A stretch of 64,000 nt of DNA from an uncultured Saprospiraceae bacterium (GCA_938015435.1 CALLPN010000009.1:15092-79091), one strand, 5' to 3'; numbered from the stretch's first letter, positions 19,194-30,155 are shown. Numbers and translations: made by a program. The notes: a model not told the origin generated them from the letters alone.

Positions 19194-19663
19194 ATAGACT
19201 CGTCATCAATAAAAATATACTTTTCGACTAAATCATTTGAACGAGAATATTTCTCTTATTCTTAAAGTATAACATACTCCACATCAGTATAATCACAGGT
19301 ACATAACAATAATACATTACGAAGATCTCGATCAAAAAACAGCACTCGCATATTTATACTTTTTGTAATTGTGCTAGTTCAGTTGTCGTATTAGAACAAT
19401 AATCTACTTTTAACTAACGTAAGTGTCGCCTTACACATATCCGCTAGATGAGTTATCAACTACATTAAGGTCAGAAACTGGTTATGCAACCTAATGCGCA
19501 TAAAATTCATCCAATTAAATGCTCTATTATAAAATTAGAAATGTGTGAATTTTCGCCACGCCTGTGTTCTTTTACTCCAAAGTATGTCTTTTGAGATCAA
19601 TTTGCATACGGCAATGAATTGCATAACTTCATAATTAAATGCTCACAACAAAAATTAACCAAT

Positions 19664-21757
19664 ATGAAATGCATCACATTATCTTCTTTAATCCTACTAA
19701 TTTGTACTTCGATTCAAAGTCAAATGACAGTCAACGACCCTCAAGATTGGTGTTGTGATCGACCAGCTTCAATCGAAAATGTAGAATATGAAATAAGAAC
19801 TTCTGGTCTTTACAGTGAAGTTTCTATAGCCTTCGACGTCTTTACTGATTATCAACAGTTTTTTAATAATGAGACGCAGCTAGAATTTGATTACACATTT
19901 AACTTAGATGATGATGCTGTGTTTAATGACTCTTGGTTATGGATCGAAGATTACATTTCAAAAGGAGAATTATATGAAAAAGGAGAAGGGACAATCATAT
20001 ACGAGGAAATCGTTGATAGAAGGCAAGACCCTTCCATCTTAACCAAATTAGACCACGATAGTTATAACTTAAAAATATACCCACTGATCCCTGACAGTAC
20101 CAGAAGAGTAAAGCTATCATACCTCGTTCCTTTATCTTTTGATAAAAATAAAATGATGACCTCATTACCTATGCAGTTTCTAGATAGTTCGGATGAGTAT
20201 CCACAAAATATAAATCTCACTATTCATGATGATACTAATTGGTTTCATTCGGATCTTTCTAATTCTTCTTGGATCAATACTAGTCAAGACAGTGAATCCC
20301 GGACCTATAAATATCAAGGTAACGTAAGCGCTGCAACAACAATCCAGTATCAATCTGACAACCCTTCTTCTAAAGTATATTTTGGCACTTACGAAGAGGA
20401 AGACGATAAATATTATCAGTTACTTTATTTACCAGAAGTAGAGGTCATTCAGGATCCACGTCATCATCTCATACTATTTGACTATGATGAAAATCAAACT
20501 AATATCACACAAGAAGCAATCATAGCAAAAATTAATGCCGGTCTAAAACAATTGACTGATCAAGATTACTTTACAATTGCTTACTCCGATTTTGTGACAA
20601 AATTCACTTCTGATGAATGGCAATTAGCCACAGACTCTAATATTGATCAAGCCATAAATAAGATACTAGAAGATGATATATCTACATATAGCAGACTGAC
20701 TTCAATGCTTCCTACATGCTTAGAAAGAATAGAAGATTCAAACATTGACATACATTTGGATATTATAAGCTCGAGCACAGAATTGTATGATGAAGATTTT
20801 GCTGGACCATACCTTACAGAAGTAATTGAATATATAGACGATCTTGATTATACACTTACCATTTCGGCAATAGACTTTGCAACTTCAAAACCATGGAGCC
20901 AATTCGAAAACTCTTGGAAAAAAGGGAACGACCACTTCTATATCGCTCTTACACAAATCACTTCTGGAAATCATATCAATCAGTATAATGGTGATGATAT
21001 TTCTGAAGGGTTAATTGAAAACTATTCGAGTGAAAAAATATCTTCGACAGAATTTGACTTCGATATTAACGTCACTGATGGATTTACTTACAGTACTTTC
21101 TATGATAATTTAGAAAACAACACGCTAACATTCAACAAACCAATAATTGCAACTGGAAAGTATTATGGTGAAGGGGAATTAAGTTTATCTCTGAATGGAA
21201 TTATCAATGGTGAGTTATTTTCTGAAGAAGTAGACTTAATCGAATCAGAAGCTCTACTACTCGATAGTAAAATAAAATCTGCTTGGAATGCAGAATACAT
21301 ACTTGAAAACGAATTTAACCAAGACTACAATATCATTAAAGATGTGATCACAACTAGCATCGATGAACGTCTACTATCTTTCAGAACTGTTTATCTCTGC
21401 TTAGAACCCGATACAATTGCTATTAGTAGTAATAATGAAGATACCGAAGGCGATATATTAATATCCACGGAAGACGAGCTTAACAATATAGAAGTAAGTA
21501 TTTTCCCAAATCCATTCGCAGAAAAAGTAAATATCGAAATACCCTTGGATCAAATTTCTGTAGGTAGTGATATAGAAATAGAAATATATAATTTAGCAGG
21601 AGAATTAGTTTACTCATTCCATGAAAAAGCGACTAACACCAATGGTAGTTATATTTTAACATGGGAGCCAGGAAATCAAATTGTCTCAGGACTTTATCAT
21701 ATCAAAATATTCGGTAAAGGATTTAATTATAACACAACATTGATCTGCAGTAAATAA
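19664..21757 (+). CDS. Secreted protein with a type-A T9SS C-terminal sorting domain; N-terminus VIT-domain-like
   Basis: Signal peptide MKCITLSSLILLICTSIQSQ. The C-terminal ~80 aa match the Por_Secre_tail pattern (VSIFPNPFAEKVNIEI...YNLAGELVY...SGLYHIKI). The N-terminal pattern (EFDYTF.L..DAV...) resembles a VIT domain, with low confidence. Confidence 0.7.
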   Translation: MKCITLSSLILLICTSIQSQMTVNDPQDWCCDRPASIENVEYEIRTSGLYSEVSIAFDVFTDYQQFFNNETQLEFDYTFNLDDDAVFNDSWLWIEDYISKGELYEKGEGTIIYEEIVDRRQDPSILTKLDHDSYNLKIYPLIPDSTRRVKLSYLVPLSFDKNKMMTSLPMQFLDSSDEYPQNINLTIHDDTNWFHSDLSNSSWINTSQDSESRTYKYQGNVSAATTIQYQSDNPSSKVYFGTYEEEDDKYYQLLYLPEVEVIQDPRHHLILFDYDENQTNITQEAIIAKINAGLKQLTDQDYFTIAYSDFVTKFTSDEWQLATDSNIDQAINKILEDDISTYSRLTSMLPTCLERIEDSNIDIHLDIISSSTELYDEDFAGPYLTEVIEYIDDLDYTLTISAIDFATSKPWSQFENSWKKGNDHFYIALTQITSGNHINQYNGDDISEGLIENYSSEKISSTEFDFDINVTDGFTYSTFYDNLENNTLTFNKPIIATGKYYGEGELSLSLNGIINGELFSEEVDLIESEALLLDSKIKSAWNAEYILENEFNQDYNIIKDVITTSIDERLLSFRTVYLCLEPDTIAISSNNEDTEGDILISTEDELNNIEVSIFPNPFAEKVNIEIPLDQISVGSDIEIEIYNLAGELVYSFHEKATNTNGSYILTWEPGNQIVSGLYHIKIFGKGFNYNTTLICSK

Positions 21758-21883
21758 AATATAGATCTAGGGAGGAGCTAATCAATGTAATGCTTCTCTC
21801 TAGATTAATTATTTCTACTTGACGCCCCTAATCTAAAACCAAAATTACTTAGCCAGAATATTTGGCAACTCTATAAAATCAAC

Positions 21884-24796
21884 TTACTCTACAGTACAAT
21901 TTCCGAAAGTAATTAGACTCGATCCTGACGTATTACTAATAGACGAATTAGCAGTTTCATTTCCTTTTAATAAATTCATATCAATCAAAGTCGTAATTCC
22001 TTGATTCAAAATAGCTGTACCCTCTAATCCATATCCACCAACTATTGTAAACCCTCCCAAGGCGACTGTCCTTCCGCTACCAATCACTAGAGCATGCGGC
22101 ATGGCAACATCACTAGGATCTAATGCTTCAATACGGATATTCTCAGACGGATCAATTTGTATAGTCACATTTTTATCAATGATGATGGGTGAGAGAAGTT
22201 CTATCGTTAGATTACGAAGACCAATACTAAATTGGATCGTATCACCATCAGCCACACAATCCAAAATATTTCTAAGTGACCCTTTACCGCTATCGGCTAT
22301 CGAAGTCACAATACCACAATCTCCGACTAGACCAAACTCAGTACGCCCCTCACTATTTTGAACAAATGCGATCTCAGTAATATCGGTTGCCCAACTCACC
22401 TGCAGTGTATCTCTAGTAGCATTCCAAGATGTCAGAGGAAGATCATCTCCATCTACATGAGGAAATAGCATCACCTTAAAATCTGGAGATATGCTATTAC
22501 TTTCAACGATCAATCTTGGTCGAATATAATTAGGGTTAGAATTGTAAGTATTCCCATTAAAGAAATCTGCGTATGTCAAAGTATCTTGATAAGCTGGTTC
22601 TCCAGATCCGTCATAACCTGCATTATTTAACACCCTTACCAATAGCCTTCTATTACCTACAGAAGAAGGTTCTTTAAGAATAATGTCTGCGCGAAAATCT
22701 TCATTCATCAAGTTGACATCCGTAGATTCTATTGTCAGATCTCTAGCCAACTGACCGAGCCACTTGTAATTATGTAGATTTTCATCTTTCTTAATATCAT
22801 CCGTAACCAATAAGAAAGGATGATCTCCACGAAATACACCTACTGTCCTGAGAACTTTCTCCATCGTATTGTATTCGCGCTTTACCATCCGCTCCAGTTT
22901 ACCCTCTGTATGCCAGTGAGCATAATCATAAAATGGAATATTATAGTACGCATCATCGCCTTTGATAAATTGAAAGTCATTCCAAGTATCATCGACTTCT
23001 TCCCAACCGTTATTTCCTAACCACGGATGATCATCGCTCTCTGACTGCGCAGACCAATGCCATTCCCATGTATATGAGTATGTTGCATCTCCTGCTACTT
23101 TTGACAATTTATCATCAGAATACCATTCTAATAATGTACCTGGCTGGCGGACCTTGTCACCATCAGGGTCACCGACACCAATCGCAATATCATCTACTAA
23201 TACAGCGCTATGAAACCATGTAGGTTGAAACTGACTTCCTCCATAAGACTTTCTAATCCAAATACGACCGTGAGAGCTCAATGTGAAATCCAATTTATCA
23301 CCATGAGTATGTCCACCCATATCTTGTCTGCAATGAAACTGCACTGACATATCCAAAGAATCTTTACCACTTCTCATCACAGCGAGCCCTCTATCTGCTG
23401 CAATATAATCCTGTTCAACTTCAGCATGTAATTGAGTATTCAGCGTATTAGTATCATCATAATCTTGAGCAAAAATTGCCGCTGTAAGTAAATAATTATA
23501 ATAACTATCGTCGCACAATACTTGTTGATAAGCATATCCATCAGAATCTATTTTATACCACTTCTCGATATAATTTCTCCACATCAAATCAACCTTAGGA
23601 TCATTAGGAAAAATCCATTTGAGACCAACCGCGTCCGATGCACTAAATTTGTATCCGCCCGTTACATCATGATGACCGCTTCCACCCCAGACATCGTAAG
23701 AAGTAAATCCATGACCGTATGGCTGTGTAATGGCAGGAAGATATTCTGTGGCATAAGCTTTCATATGAGGATGACCCAACATACTAAAACCTCTCTTGGC
23801 TAATGCGATACCTGTGGTTACAAACATATAATTTTTACCTAATCCTTCGTAACCTGCTCCAGATGGATACCATCCATAATTTATAAATGTGTGATAGGCC
23901 CTCATCCAACGATCTGTTAAATTGGCATTATAACCAATTTCACCTTCTATAGCAAGATTAGTAATGATCTCAAACGAATTGAGACTCGCCCAGTTACTTG
24001 TAGCTGCATATGCTGCTAATTCACCTCCATGCCTTTGTGTTTGTGGTATGGTCAAAGCCAATGCCATGCGCACCGTATCTTGCTGACTAATGCTCAGTTG
24101 ATTATAATGCATGTCATAGGCAAGAGCCATATGCGCCCCTCCAAATCGATTGAAATTATTACTGTCCAATTCTGGATCTTCAAGAGCTAACTTACCCCAA
24201 TAGGCCATCGCTTTAGATAACATTACTGATCTATCTGCGTAAGAGAGTCCTGTATCACCATCGATGGCACCACTATTCATCATGCATTCAAATGCCTCTA
24301 GAGCCATGTGAGAAGCTGTACGGTGTCTATTCTTGATACTTGCACTATTCCAAACTGTAGGATCTTTATCTATTAATTGGTAATAATAAGAATGATGATC
24401 CCATGCTCCAGCATTATCTATGTACCTATTGCCGTTGGCATCTTTACCATAATCGGTATTATGATTATATCCTCCAGCGACATATCCCAAGTGTAATAGA
24501 GTTGTATATGCATGTATTTGTGCAGAGACGGACTGCCCACTTTTCGTGTTATCTAATCGTCCTTTAATTTCTGAAACATCATTAGGTCCGAAAAAAACTC
24601 TAGGATGAATTCCTACATCTGGCACCGTATCGATAGATCTAACATTGGTGAAATCCCATTCTACTTCTCGATCTCCAAGACCTAGAAAAAGTGAATTGTC
24701 ATAATTGTTCCATCCTTCAATGAAGCCTCCTGGCTGCGATTGAGAGAACAATGTATTAGTAGAACTGAAAAGTATTAGAATATATAGGTATCTCAA
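21884..24796 (-). CDS. Heparinase II/III-like (polysaccharide lyase superfamily) protein with a short C-terminal beta-helix-like segment
   Basis: Signal peptide. An (alpha/alpha)-toroid-like N-terminal half. Motif GGHTHGDKLDFTLSSHGRIWI, typical of the Hepar_II_III C-terminal domain. The tail has GSLRNILDCVADGDTIQF. The only available start is TTG at 24796. Confidence 0.6.
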   Translation of the reverse strand: MRYLYILILFSSTNTLFSQSQPGGFIEGWNNYDNSLFLGLGDREVEWDFTNVRSIDTVPDVGIHPRVFFGPNDVSEIKGRLDNTKSGQSVSAQIHAYTTLLHLGYVAGGYNHNTDYGKDANGNRYIDNAGAWDHHSYYYQLIDKDPTVWNSASIKNRHRTASHMALEAFECMMNSGAIDGDTGLSYADRSVMLSKAMAYWGKLALEDPELDSNNFNRFGGAHMALAYDMHYNQLSISQQDTVRMALALTIPQTQRHGGELAAYAATSNWASLNSFEIITNLAIEGEIGYNANLTDRWMRAYHTFINYGWYPSGAGYEGLGKNYMFVTTGIALAKRGFSMLGHPHMKAYATEYLPAITQPYGHGFTSYDVWGGSGHHDVTGGYKFSASDAVGLKWIFPNDPKVDLMWRNYIEKWYKIDSDGYAYQQVLCDDSYYNYLLTAAIFAQDYDDTNTLNTQLHAEVEQDYIAADRGLAVMRSGKDSLDMSVQFHCRQDMGGHTHGDKLDFTLSSHGRIWIRKSYGGSQFQPTWFHSAVLVDDIAIGVGDPDGDKVRQPGTLLEWYSDDKLSKVAGDATYSYTWEWHWSAQSESDDHPWLGNNGWEEVDDTWNDFQFIKGDDAYYNIPFYDYAHWHTEGKLERMVKREYNTMEKVLRTVGVFRGDHPFLLVTDDIKKDENLHNYKWLGQLARDLTIESTDVNLMNEDFRADIILKEPSSVGNRRLLVRVLNNAGYDGSGEPAYQDTLTYADFFNGNTYNSNPNYIRPRLIVESNSISPDFKVMLFPHVDGDDLPLTSWNATRDTLQVSWATDITEIAFVQNSEGRTEFGLVGDCGIVTSIADSGKGSLRNILDCVADGDTIQFSIGLRNLTIELLSPIIIDKNVTIQIDPSENIRIEALDPSDVAMPHALVIGSGRTVALGGFTIVGGYGLEGTAILNQGITTLIDMNLLKGNETANSSISNTSGSSLITFGNCTVE

Positions 24797-24911
24797 AAGA
24801 TTCGAAGTTTGAACAAATATAAAGAAATCAAACTAGGTGAGTTTCCTTTAGATGTAAGCAACTCCTAATTACATCAGTAACTTACTTAATGTCTTGTAAC
24901 AATCAAATTAT

Positions 24912-25451
24912 CTATAAATTTGTCACTATTTCGAAAATAAAATTGTCACTATTTCCGTCATCTTTCTTATGATCGACCAAAGCAAAACCATTTTTTTTGA
25001 GCAATGAAATAGAGCTCACATTCTGATTATGTGTAAAAGCTTCAATTTTGGTGAGGTTCAATTTGTTGAATCCAAATGACAAAACAGATCCCAATGCTTC
25101 ACTCATCAATCCCTTTCCTTGAAACTTAGGACTCAAATCATAACCAGTCTCCGCTGTAAGTTGATCTTCTGAAAAATTCCATAAACAAATACTCCCAACT
25201 AAAACTGGACTACCCAATATAGTGATACCCCACAAGACAGATTTATCACTTTCTATGAACTGATTAATCATATTGATAAATTTTAAAGCATCCGCTTTAC
25301 ATTTTGTCTTACTTTCCTCTGATCTTTTAATAAATTTATTAATCGTAGGATCAGATCTCAAAAACAATATTTGTTCCCAATCGGAAACTTCAACTTTCCT
25401 CAAGAGAAGTCTATCCGTTATCAACTCAGGAAAAGGCGTGAATTTTATCAT
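24912..25451 (-). CDS. GNAT family N-acetyltransferase (RimJ/RimL-like)
   Basis: Pattern LLLRKVEVSDWEQILFL..., with the acetyl-CoA motif region QGKGLMSEAL. Confidence 0.8.
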   Translation of the reverse strand: MIKFTPFPELITDRLLLRKVEVSDWEQILFLRSDPTINKFIKRSEESKTKCKADALKFINMINQFIESDKSVLWGITILGSPVLVGSICLWNFSEDQLTAETGYDLSPKFQGKGLMSEALGSVLSFGFNKLNLTKIEAFTHNQNVSSISLLKKNGFALVDHKKDDGNSDNFIFEIVTNL

Positions 25452-25482
25452 AATATAAATTACCCGTAATTAACTCCAAGGA

Positions 25483-25662
25483 TTAATCTGAATCATTACT
25501 TTTGATTTTATTGAAATTTTGAGAAGTGATCATTAGCCCTACTGCTGAACCGCTAAATCCGATTAAATAATCCTGCTCATAAATTAAAAACACTCCGGAA
25601 ATCACAGTTAATATTCCGAACCCAAAAAAAACTCTACTCCAAATCAAATCCTTATCCGCCAT
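25483..25662 (-). CDS. Possible 59-aa small membrane protein (below the ORF-track cutoff)
   Basis: ATG-initiated ORF MADKDLIWSRVFFGFGILTVISGVFLIYEQDYLIGFSGSAVGLMITSQ... with two hydrophobic segments. No homology evidence. Confidence 0.3.
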   Translation of the reverse strand: MADKDLIWSRVFFGFGILTVISGVFLIYEQDYLIGFSGSAVGLMITSQNFNKIKSNDSD

Positions 25663-25880
25663 TTTACCCTATTTTTAAAATTAACCATTTGCAATTCTCT
25701 GCACAAACTAATCAATACGTCTTTTACTTGAAAGTGCTAATTCTACAAAACTACTCAAAACTTATATCTTGTATTTAGCCAATTATATTATTTAGTGATT
25801 CCACTTACATAATAGCATTGAGTCCACAAAGGACATATATCTATTTTCACTTTTTTATACCACGATTTCTTTTCTCCTTG

Positions 25881-26369
25881 CTACGCCATCCATTCATCCC
25901 AACCAATCTCTCGTCCAGGATAAGCCACTTTCTTAAATGGCCATTTTTCGGAAATCCATTTTTTTACTAATTCGAATAACTGAATATCCAATCCTGAATC
26001 TATTTGACTTTGTCTTACCCAAAGGCATACCATAATTTCATAATTGGGTTTTGATGAGGATTCAATATATATACAACCAAGACATTGGGTTTCATCAAGG
26101 TTCATTACAGTATAAGCAAAAGATGACCTTCTCTGAAATTCTTTTTGGTGCCAACCTAGATCAATTAGATTTTGTTCAAGAGTCAACCCTAAAGGCCATT
26201 TCTGATTTGGCCCAAATGGTTTTGTTTTTTGCAAATGTTCTACACTAGACATAACCGCGTCATAATCTTTTACCACATCTGATACTTTCAACATTCTTAA
26301 GCGAATTCGATTCGTTTCTAACTGCTGAGGAACCTTAAAGTCTTTTGGCAACAATTCTACTTTACTCAT
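25881..26369 (-). CDS. GNAT-like acetyltransferase domain protein
   Basis: The N-terminal pattern RIRLRMLKVSDVVKDYDAV and overall size fit the PF13302-type acetyltransferase fold. No strong catalytic motif seen. Confidence 0.5.
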   Translation of the reverse strand: MSKVELLPKDFKVPQQLETNRIRLRMLKVSDVVKDYDAVMSSVEHLQKTKPFGPNQKWPLGLTLEQNLIDLGWHQKEFQRRSSFAYTVMNLDETQCLGCIYIESSSKPNYEIMVCLWVRQSQIDSGLDIQLFELVKKWISEKWPFKKVAYPGREIGWDEWMA

Positions 26370-26632
26370 TTTTTCAATCCACTTTATTCTATATTTATTT
26401 TATGAAGTAGGAGTTATTTAGTCTTGTCACACATACTTTTTTAACCTATCTCACCAACCTAAATATACAAACTATCCATTAACACCTAACATCATACATA
26501 ATTAGACCTCCTTCACATGTGAATAGAAGAGTCCGATTGGCAACCGGTAAAACATTTAACAGCAGAAGAAATCTACATCTAGCTAATAAAGTCAAAATGT
26601 AATATCTTTAGACAATCATCATCGCCAGTCAC

Positions 26633-27187
26633 ATGCAATATCTACACCCTACCCTGAAACAATTTCAATACTACAAATCATTAGGTGATAAAACGATGGC
26701 ACAACTCACCGACGAGCAGATTTTTTGGAAGTATAATGATACTAGTAACTCTATAGCGATTATCGTAAAACACATAGCGGGAAATATGCTTAGCCGATGG
26801 ACTGACTTTCGCACTGCGGATGGAGAAAAAGAGTGGCGCAATCGAGAATCAGAATTTGCAGATGATATTACAGACCGCGATAGCTTAGAGGCGTATTGGA
26901 ATAAAGGTTGGAATTGTCTATTTGATGCAATCCAATCTGTTTCTGATGAAGATCTAGAAGAGATTATATATATCCGTAATCAAGGCCATACCATATTAGA
27001 AGCTATCAATCGTCAGCTCGCTCATTATCCTTACCACATTGGTCAGATCGTATTTATAGGTAAGATGCTGACTGATAGCGACTGGTTATCTCTCTCAATA
27101 CCTAGAGGTAAATCGGCTTCTTATAATGACTCCAAGTTCGATAAAGAAAAAGAACGAGGCCATTATACCGACGAATTTTTAAAGTAA
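26633..27187 (+). CDS. DinB/DUF1572 family protein
   Basis: HIAGNMLSRWTDF and a C-terminal His-containing helix (LAHYPYHIGQIV) are typical of the DinB-like four-helix fold. Confidence 0.7.
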   Translation: MQYLHPTLKQFQYYKSLGDKTMAQLTDEQIFWKYNDTSNSIAIIVKHIAGNMLSRWTDFRTADGEKEWRNRESEFADDITDRDSLEAYWNKGWNCLFDAIQSVSDEDLEEIIYIRNQGHTILEAINRQLAHYPYHIGQIVFIGKMLTDSDWLSLSIPRGKSASYNDSKFDKEKERGHYTDEFLK

Positions 27188-27265
27188 TTTCTAACTTTTA
27201 TCATTAAAAAATAAGAACAAACAGGATTCCTAAAACAATACAGCTTCTCTTCTTATTTATATCAT

Positions 27266-27964
27266 ATGAAAAATCATGTAATAATAGGAGGATCGAGCGG
27301 AATCGGTGCCGCACTAACAGAGATACTAGCAGCAAAAGGCGACAAGGTATACGCGACATACAATACAACAGAAAACTATACGGAGATACCAGGAGTTGAA
27401 TACCATCAACTCAATGTGTTGGAAGATGAGTTAGATCTTGATTTTGCACCTGATACTGTAGATGGCATCGTTTATTGCCCAGGATCTATAAACTTAAAAC
27501 CATTTAAGAGATTAAAGCCTTCCTCGTTTGTGGATGATTTCAACCTTCAAGTTGTAGGCGCTATCAAGGTAATACAAGGGCTCAGCGATCGCATGAAAAG
27601 TAGTCATGACCCATCAATTGTTTTCTTCTCCACAGTAGCCGTATCGATGGGATATAACTTCCATACACAAGTAGCAACTTCCAAAGGTGCGATAGAAGGT
27701 CTATCAAAATCTCTCGCTGCAGAGTTTGCTCCTAAGATCAGAGTCAACTGTATCGCTCCATCATTAACTGATACTCCCCTAGCCTCTAAACTTCTGAGTA
27801 CCGACGAAAAAAAACAAGCCAATGCTAATCTTCACCCACTAAAGAAAATAGGAACCTCTGAAGACATTGCTGAAATGGCTGCATTTTTACTTTCCACTAA
27901 ATCAAGTTGGATGTCTGGACAAGTATTACATGTGGATGGTGGGATGTCTTCCTTAAGGGTGTGA
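27266..27964 (+). CDS. SDR family oxidoreductase
   Basis: GGSSGIG cofactor motif and SKGAIEGLSKSLA (a Y/SxxxK-like active-site region). Length 232 aa. Confidence 0.8.
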   Translation: MKNHVIIGGSSGIGAALTEILAAKGDKVYATYNTTENYTEIPGVEYHQLNVLEDELDLDFAPDTVDGIVYCPGSINLKPFKRLKPSSFVDDFNLQVVGAIKVIQGLSDRMKSSHDPSIVFFSTVAVSMGYNFHTQVATSKGAIEGLSKSLAAEFAPKIRVNCIAPSLTDTPLASKLLSTDEKKQANANLHPLKKIGTSEDIAEMAAFLLSTKSSWMSGQVLHVDGGMSSLRV

Positions 27965-28121
27965 TATGATTAAAAATAATTTCGTTTTTTCAAAAGTATT
28001 GAATCTTCATTGAAAAAAGCTATATCTCTATCATGTGCATCTTATCAAAAAACGCTTGATTTTCTAGGAGGGCGGATTAACAAACACGCGGAGCGATTGG
28101 GTCTGTGATTGAACCATGTAA

Positions 28122-28337
28122 ACTGATCAAAACGAATTTAATTTAAGTAGAATCAGAGATTATCGTTATCGTTTTGATCACTTAGCCTTATTCATATGTT
28201 GAAAACTTGCGACTGATCAAACCGATTTTACTTTGATTGCAATGAGATTTATCGTTATCGTTTTGATCACTTACTTTATCGATGCGATTGAGCTATCTAC
28301 ACTGATCAAATCGATTTTACTGATCAAAACGATTTTA
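28122..28337. repeat. Tandem hairpin-unit array A1 (~90-bp units, 2 full plus 2 truncated)
   Basis: ACTGATCAAA[A/C/T]CGA[A/T]TTTA occurs at 28122, 28212, 28301 and 28319. The partner arm TATCGTTATCGTTTTGATCACTTA occurs at 28161 and 28250. The last copy contains the TTA (28335-28337) that is the stop of the receptor gene. Confidence 0.9.
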
Positions 28338-30155
28338 ATACCCGATCTTGATGTCGGCGCCTATTGAAACCCATCTGCCTGGTAATTCTACGAGATTAGT
28401 CTCTCTATATATCTTATCAAATAGATTATTGATATTAAGTGATACTCGTACACTCTTAGTATCGTAGTACAACTTACTATCGACTACCGTGTAATTATCT
28501 AAATTGACTCTATCCACATATCTAAATTGAAGATTATGATGTATATCACCTACATGATATGCTACTCTTGCCGATAGCTGATGCTTGACGTGCTCTAAAG
28601 TATATCTACTCAAAAATGCATCTACATCACTTTGGTCTGCATCTAATAAAGTATAGTTGATTCCTACTGCAGATAACCCATATTTTCCAGCAGCATGGAA
28701 TCTCCATTGCGCAGACATTTCCAATCCATTAGTAGTAATATCTCCAATATTAATCGGTTGCCATTTAGATGTAGAGTCTGGTTTCGTCCAGTCTATCAGA
28801 TCATTTCCTTGTCTAGAGAATAAAGCAATCTGAGCATTAAAATTGCTCTTAATATACTTAGCTCCCACTTCCATTGAAAGTGCTTCTTCTGGCTGAAGAT
28901 CTTCATTTCCTACATTAGCTCTATCTTCATAATAAAGGTCAGTATAAGTCGGTACTCGGTATGTATATCCAGCGTTACCAAAAATCTTTAGATTATTATT
29001 AACCGCATATCCAATGTCTAATCCAGGAAATACTTTGGCATCCAAATCCGAAAAATATGAATAAGAAACACCTGGAGTAATATCTAGCTTTTCATCGAAG
29101 AAAAAGAACCTTTGCTCAGCATTGATTGTAGCAGTATTACGCTCTCTCATTCCTAGGTTATTACTTTCAAGATTCATAATGTTGTACTCCACGCCTACTT
29201 GAAATATTCCTACTTTGTTACTTGATCTAGCTTGAATCTCCGTATTAAGTACTTCACTTACATGTACATTATCGAAAGGAGAAGGACTCTCTCTTTGAAA
29301 TTTATAATCATCCTTATTACGTCTATAACTTACCTTCGGACTGATGTACCAGCCACCGATTAATTTACTATAATCCAATGCCACAAAGCTAGTATGAGTC
29401 TCTTCATACTGATCCATAAAATCAGGACTAGCATAGAATCCGTTAGCTCCAAATTTACGAGAGCTATGTGATGCCAATAGGTTCAATTGGTTACCATTAG
29501 ATCCCAATGATCCTTGATAAGTGTAATGCTCTATTTCGTAATCAGTATTGTATTTATAACCATTAGATGCATTGCGGCTATAGGATGCTGATTGACCAAA
29601 ACTTCCTATCGTATTAGATATCCCTAATCTTGTATCTAATAATTGGTAATCACCAGTATGTACACCAATAGATATCTCATTTTCGCTTGGTTTTTTGGTT
29701 ACAATATTGATCGCTCCAGAAAATCCATTTATTCCATATATTCGTGCAGCAGGCCCTTTGAGTACCTCGATACGTTCGATGTCTTCTATAGCTACCGGTA
29801 TATTCATGTTATGATGCCCTGTCTGAGGATCAGCTAGCTTGATACCATTGATCAATATAAGTGTCTGATCAAAATTTCCTCCTCTGATACCCACATCAGA
29901 TTGGACACCATGCGGCCCTCTTTGTCTTACATCTACACCTGCAACATCATTAAGAAGTTCTGCTACATTATTAGCTGACGAGGCTTTGATTACCTCCTCA
30001 GTCACTATATCAATACTTCTACTCGACTGCTTGAATGGTATTCCCAGTCTTTGTTCATGTATCACGATCTGAGAAAAATCTCCATATAGAGTATCTGTTT
30101 GTGCAAATACATTCATGGCGAGCATCCCAATGACGATTGTTAGAGTTAATTTCAT
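28335..30155 (-). CDS. TonB-dependent receptor (BtuB/CirA-size class, 606 aa)
   Basis: Signal peptide, plug-domain motifs (VDVRQRGPHGVQSDVGIRGGNFDQTLILINGI; IERIEVLKGPAARIYG) and a C-terminal aromatic residue (KIGY). Confidence 0.9.
   Translation of the reverse strand: MKLTLTIVIGMLAMNVFAQTDTLYGDFSQIVIHEQRLGIPFKQSSRSIDIVTEEVIKASSANNVAELLNDVAGVDVRQRGPHGVQSDVGIRGGNFDQTLILINGIKLADPQTGHHNMNIPVAIEDIERIEVLKGPAARIYGINGFSGAINIVTKKPSENEISIGVHTGDYQLLDTRLGISNTIGSFGQSASYSRNASNGYKYNTDYEIEHYTYQGSLGSNGNQLNLLASHSSRKFGANGFYASPDFMDQYEETHTSFVALDYSKLIGGWYISPKVSYRRNKDDYKFQRESPSPFDNVHVSEVLNTEIQARSSNKVGIFQVGVEYNIMNLESNNLGMRERNTATINAEQRFFFFDEKLDITPGVSYSYFSDLDAKVFPGLDIGYAVNNNLKIFGNAGYTYRVPTYTDLYYEDRANVGNEDLQPEEALSMEVGAKYIKSNFNAQIALFSRQGNDLIDWTKPDSTSKWQPINIGDITTNGLEMSAQWRFHAAGKYGLSAVGINYTLLDADQSDVDAFLSRYTLEHVKHQLSARVAYHVGDIHHNLQFRYVDRVNLDNYTVVDSKLYYDTKSVRVSLNINNLFDKIYRETNLVELPGRWVSIGADIKIGY

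Noticed and set aside
28335-30155. This TonB-dependent receptor as the missing SusC of the laminarin cluster
   Set aside because: At 606 aa it is far shorter than SusC-like transporters. It has no adjacent SusD-like gene, it is on the opposite strand, and it lies 15 kb from the glycan cluster.
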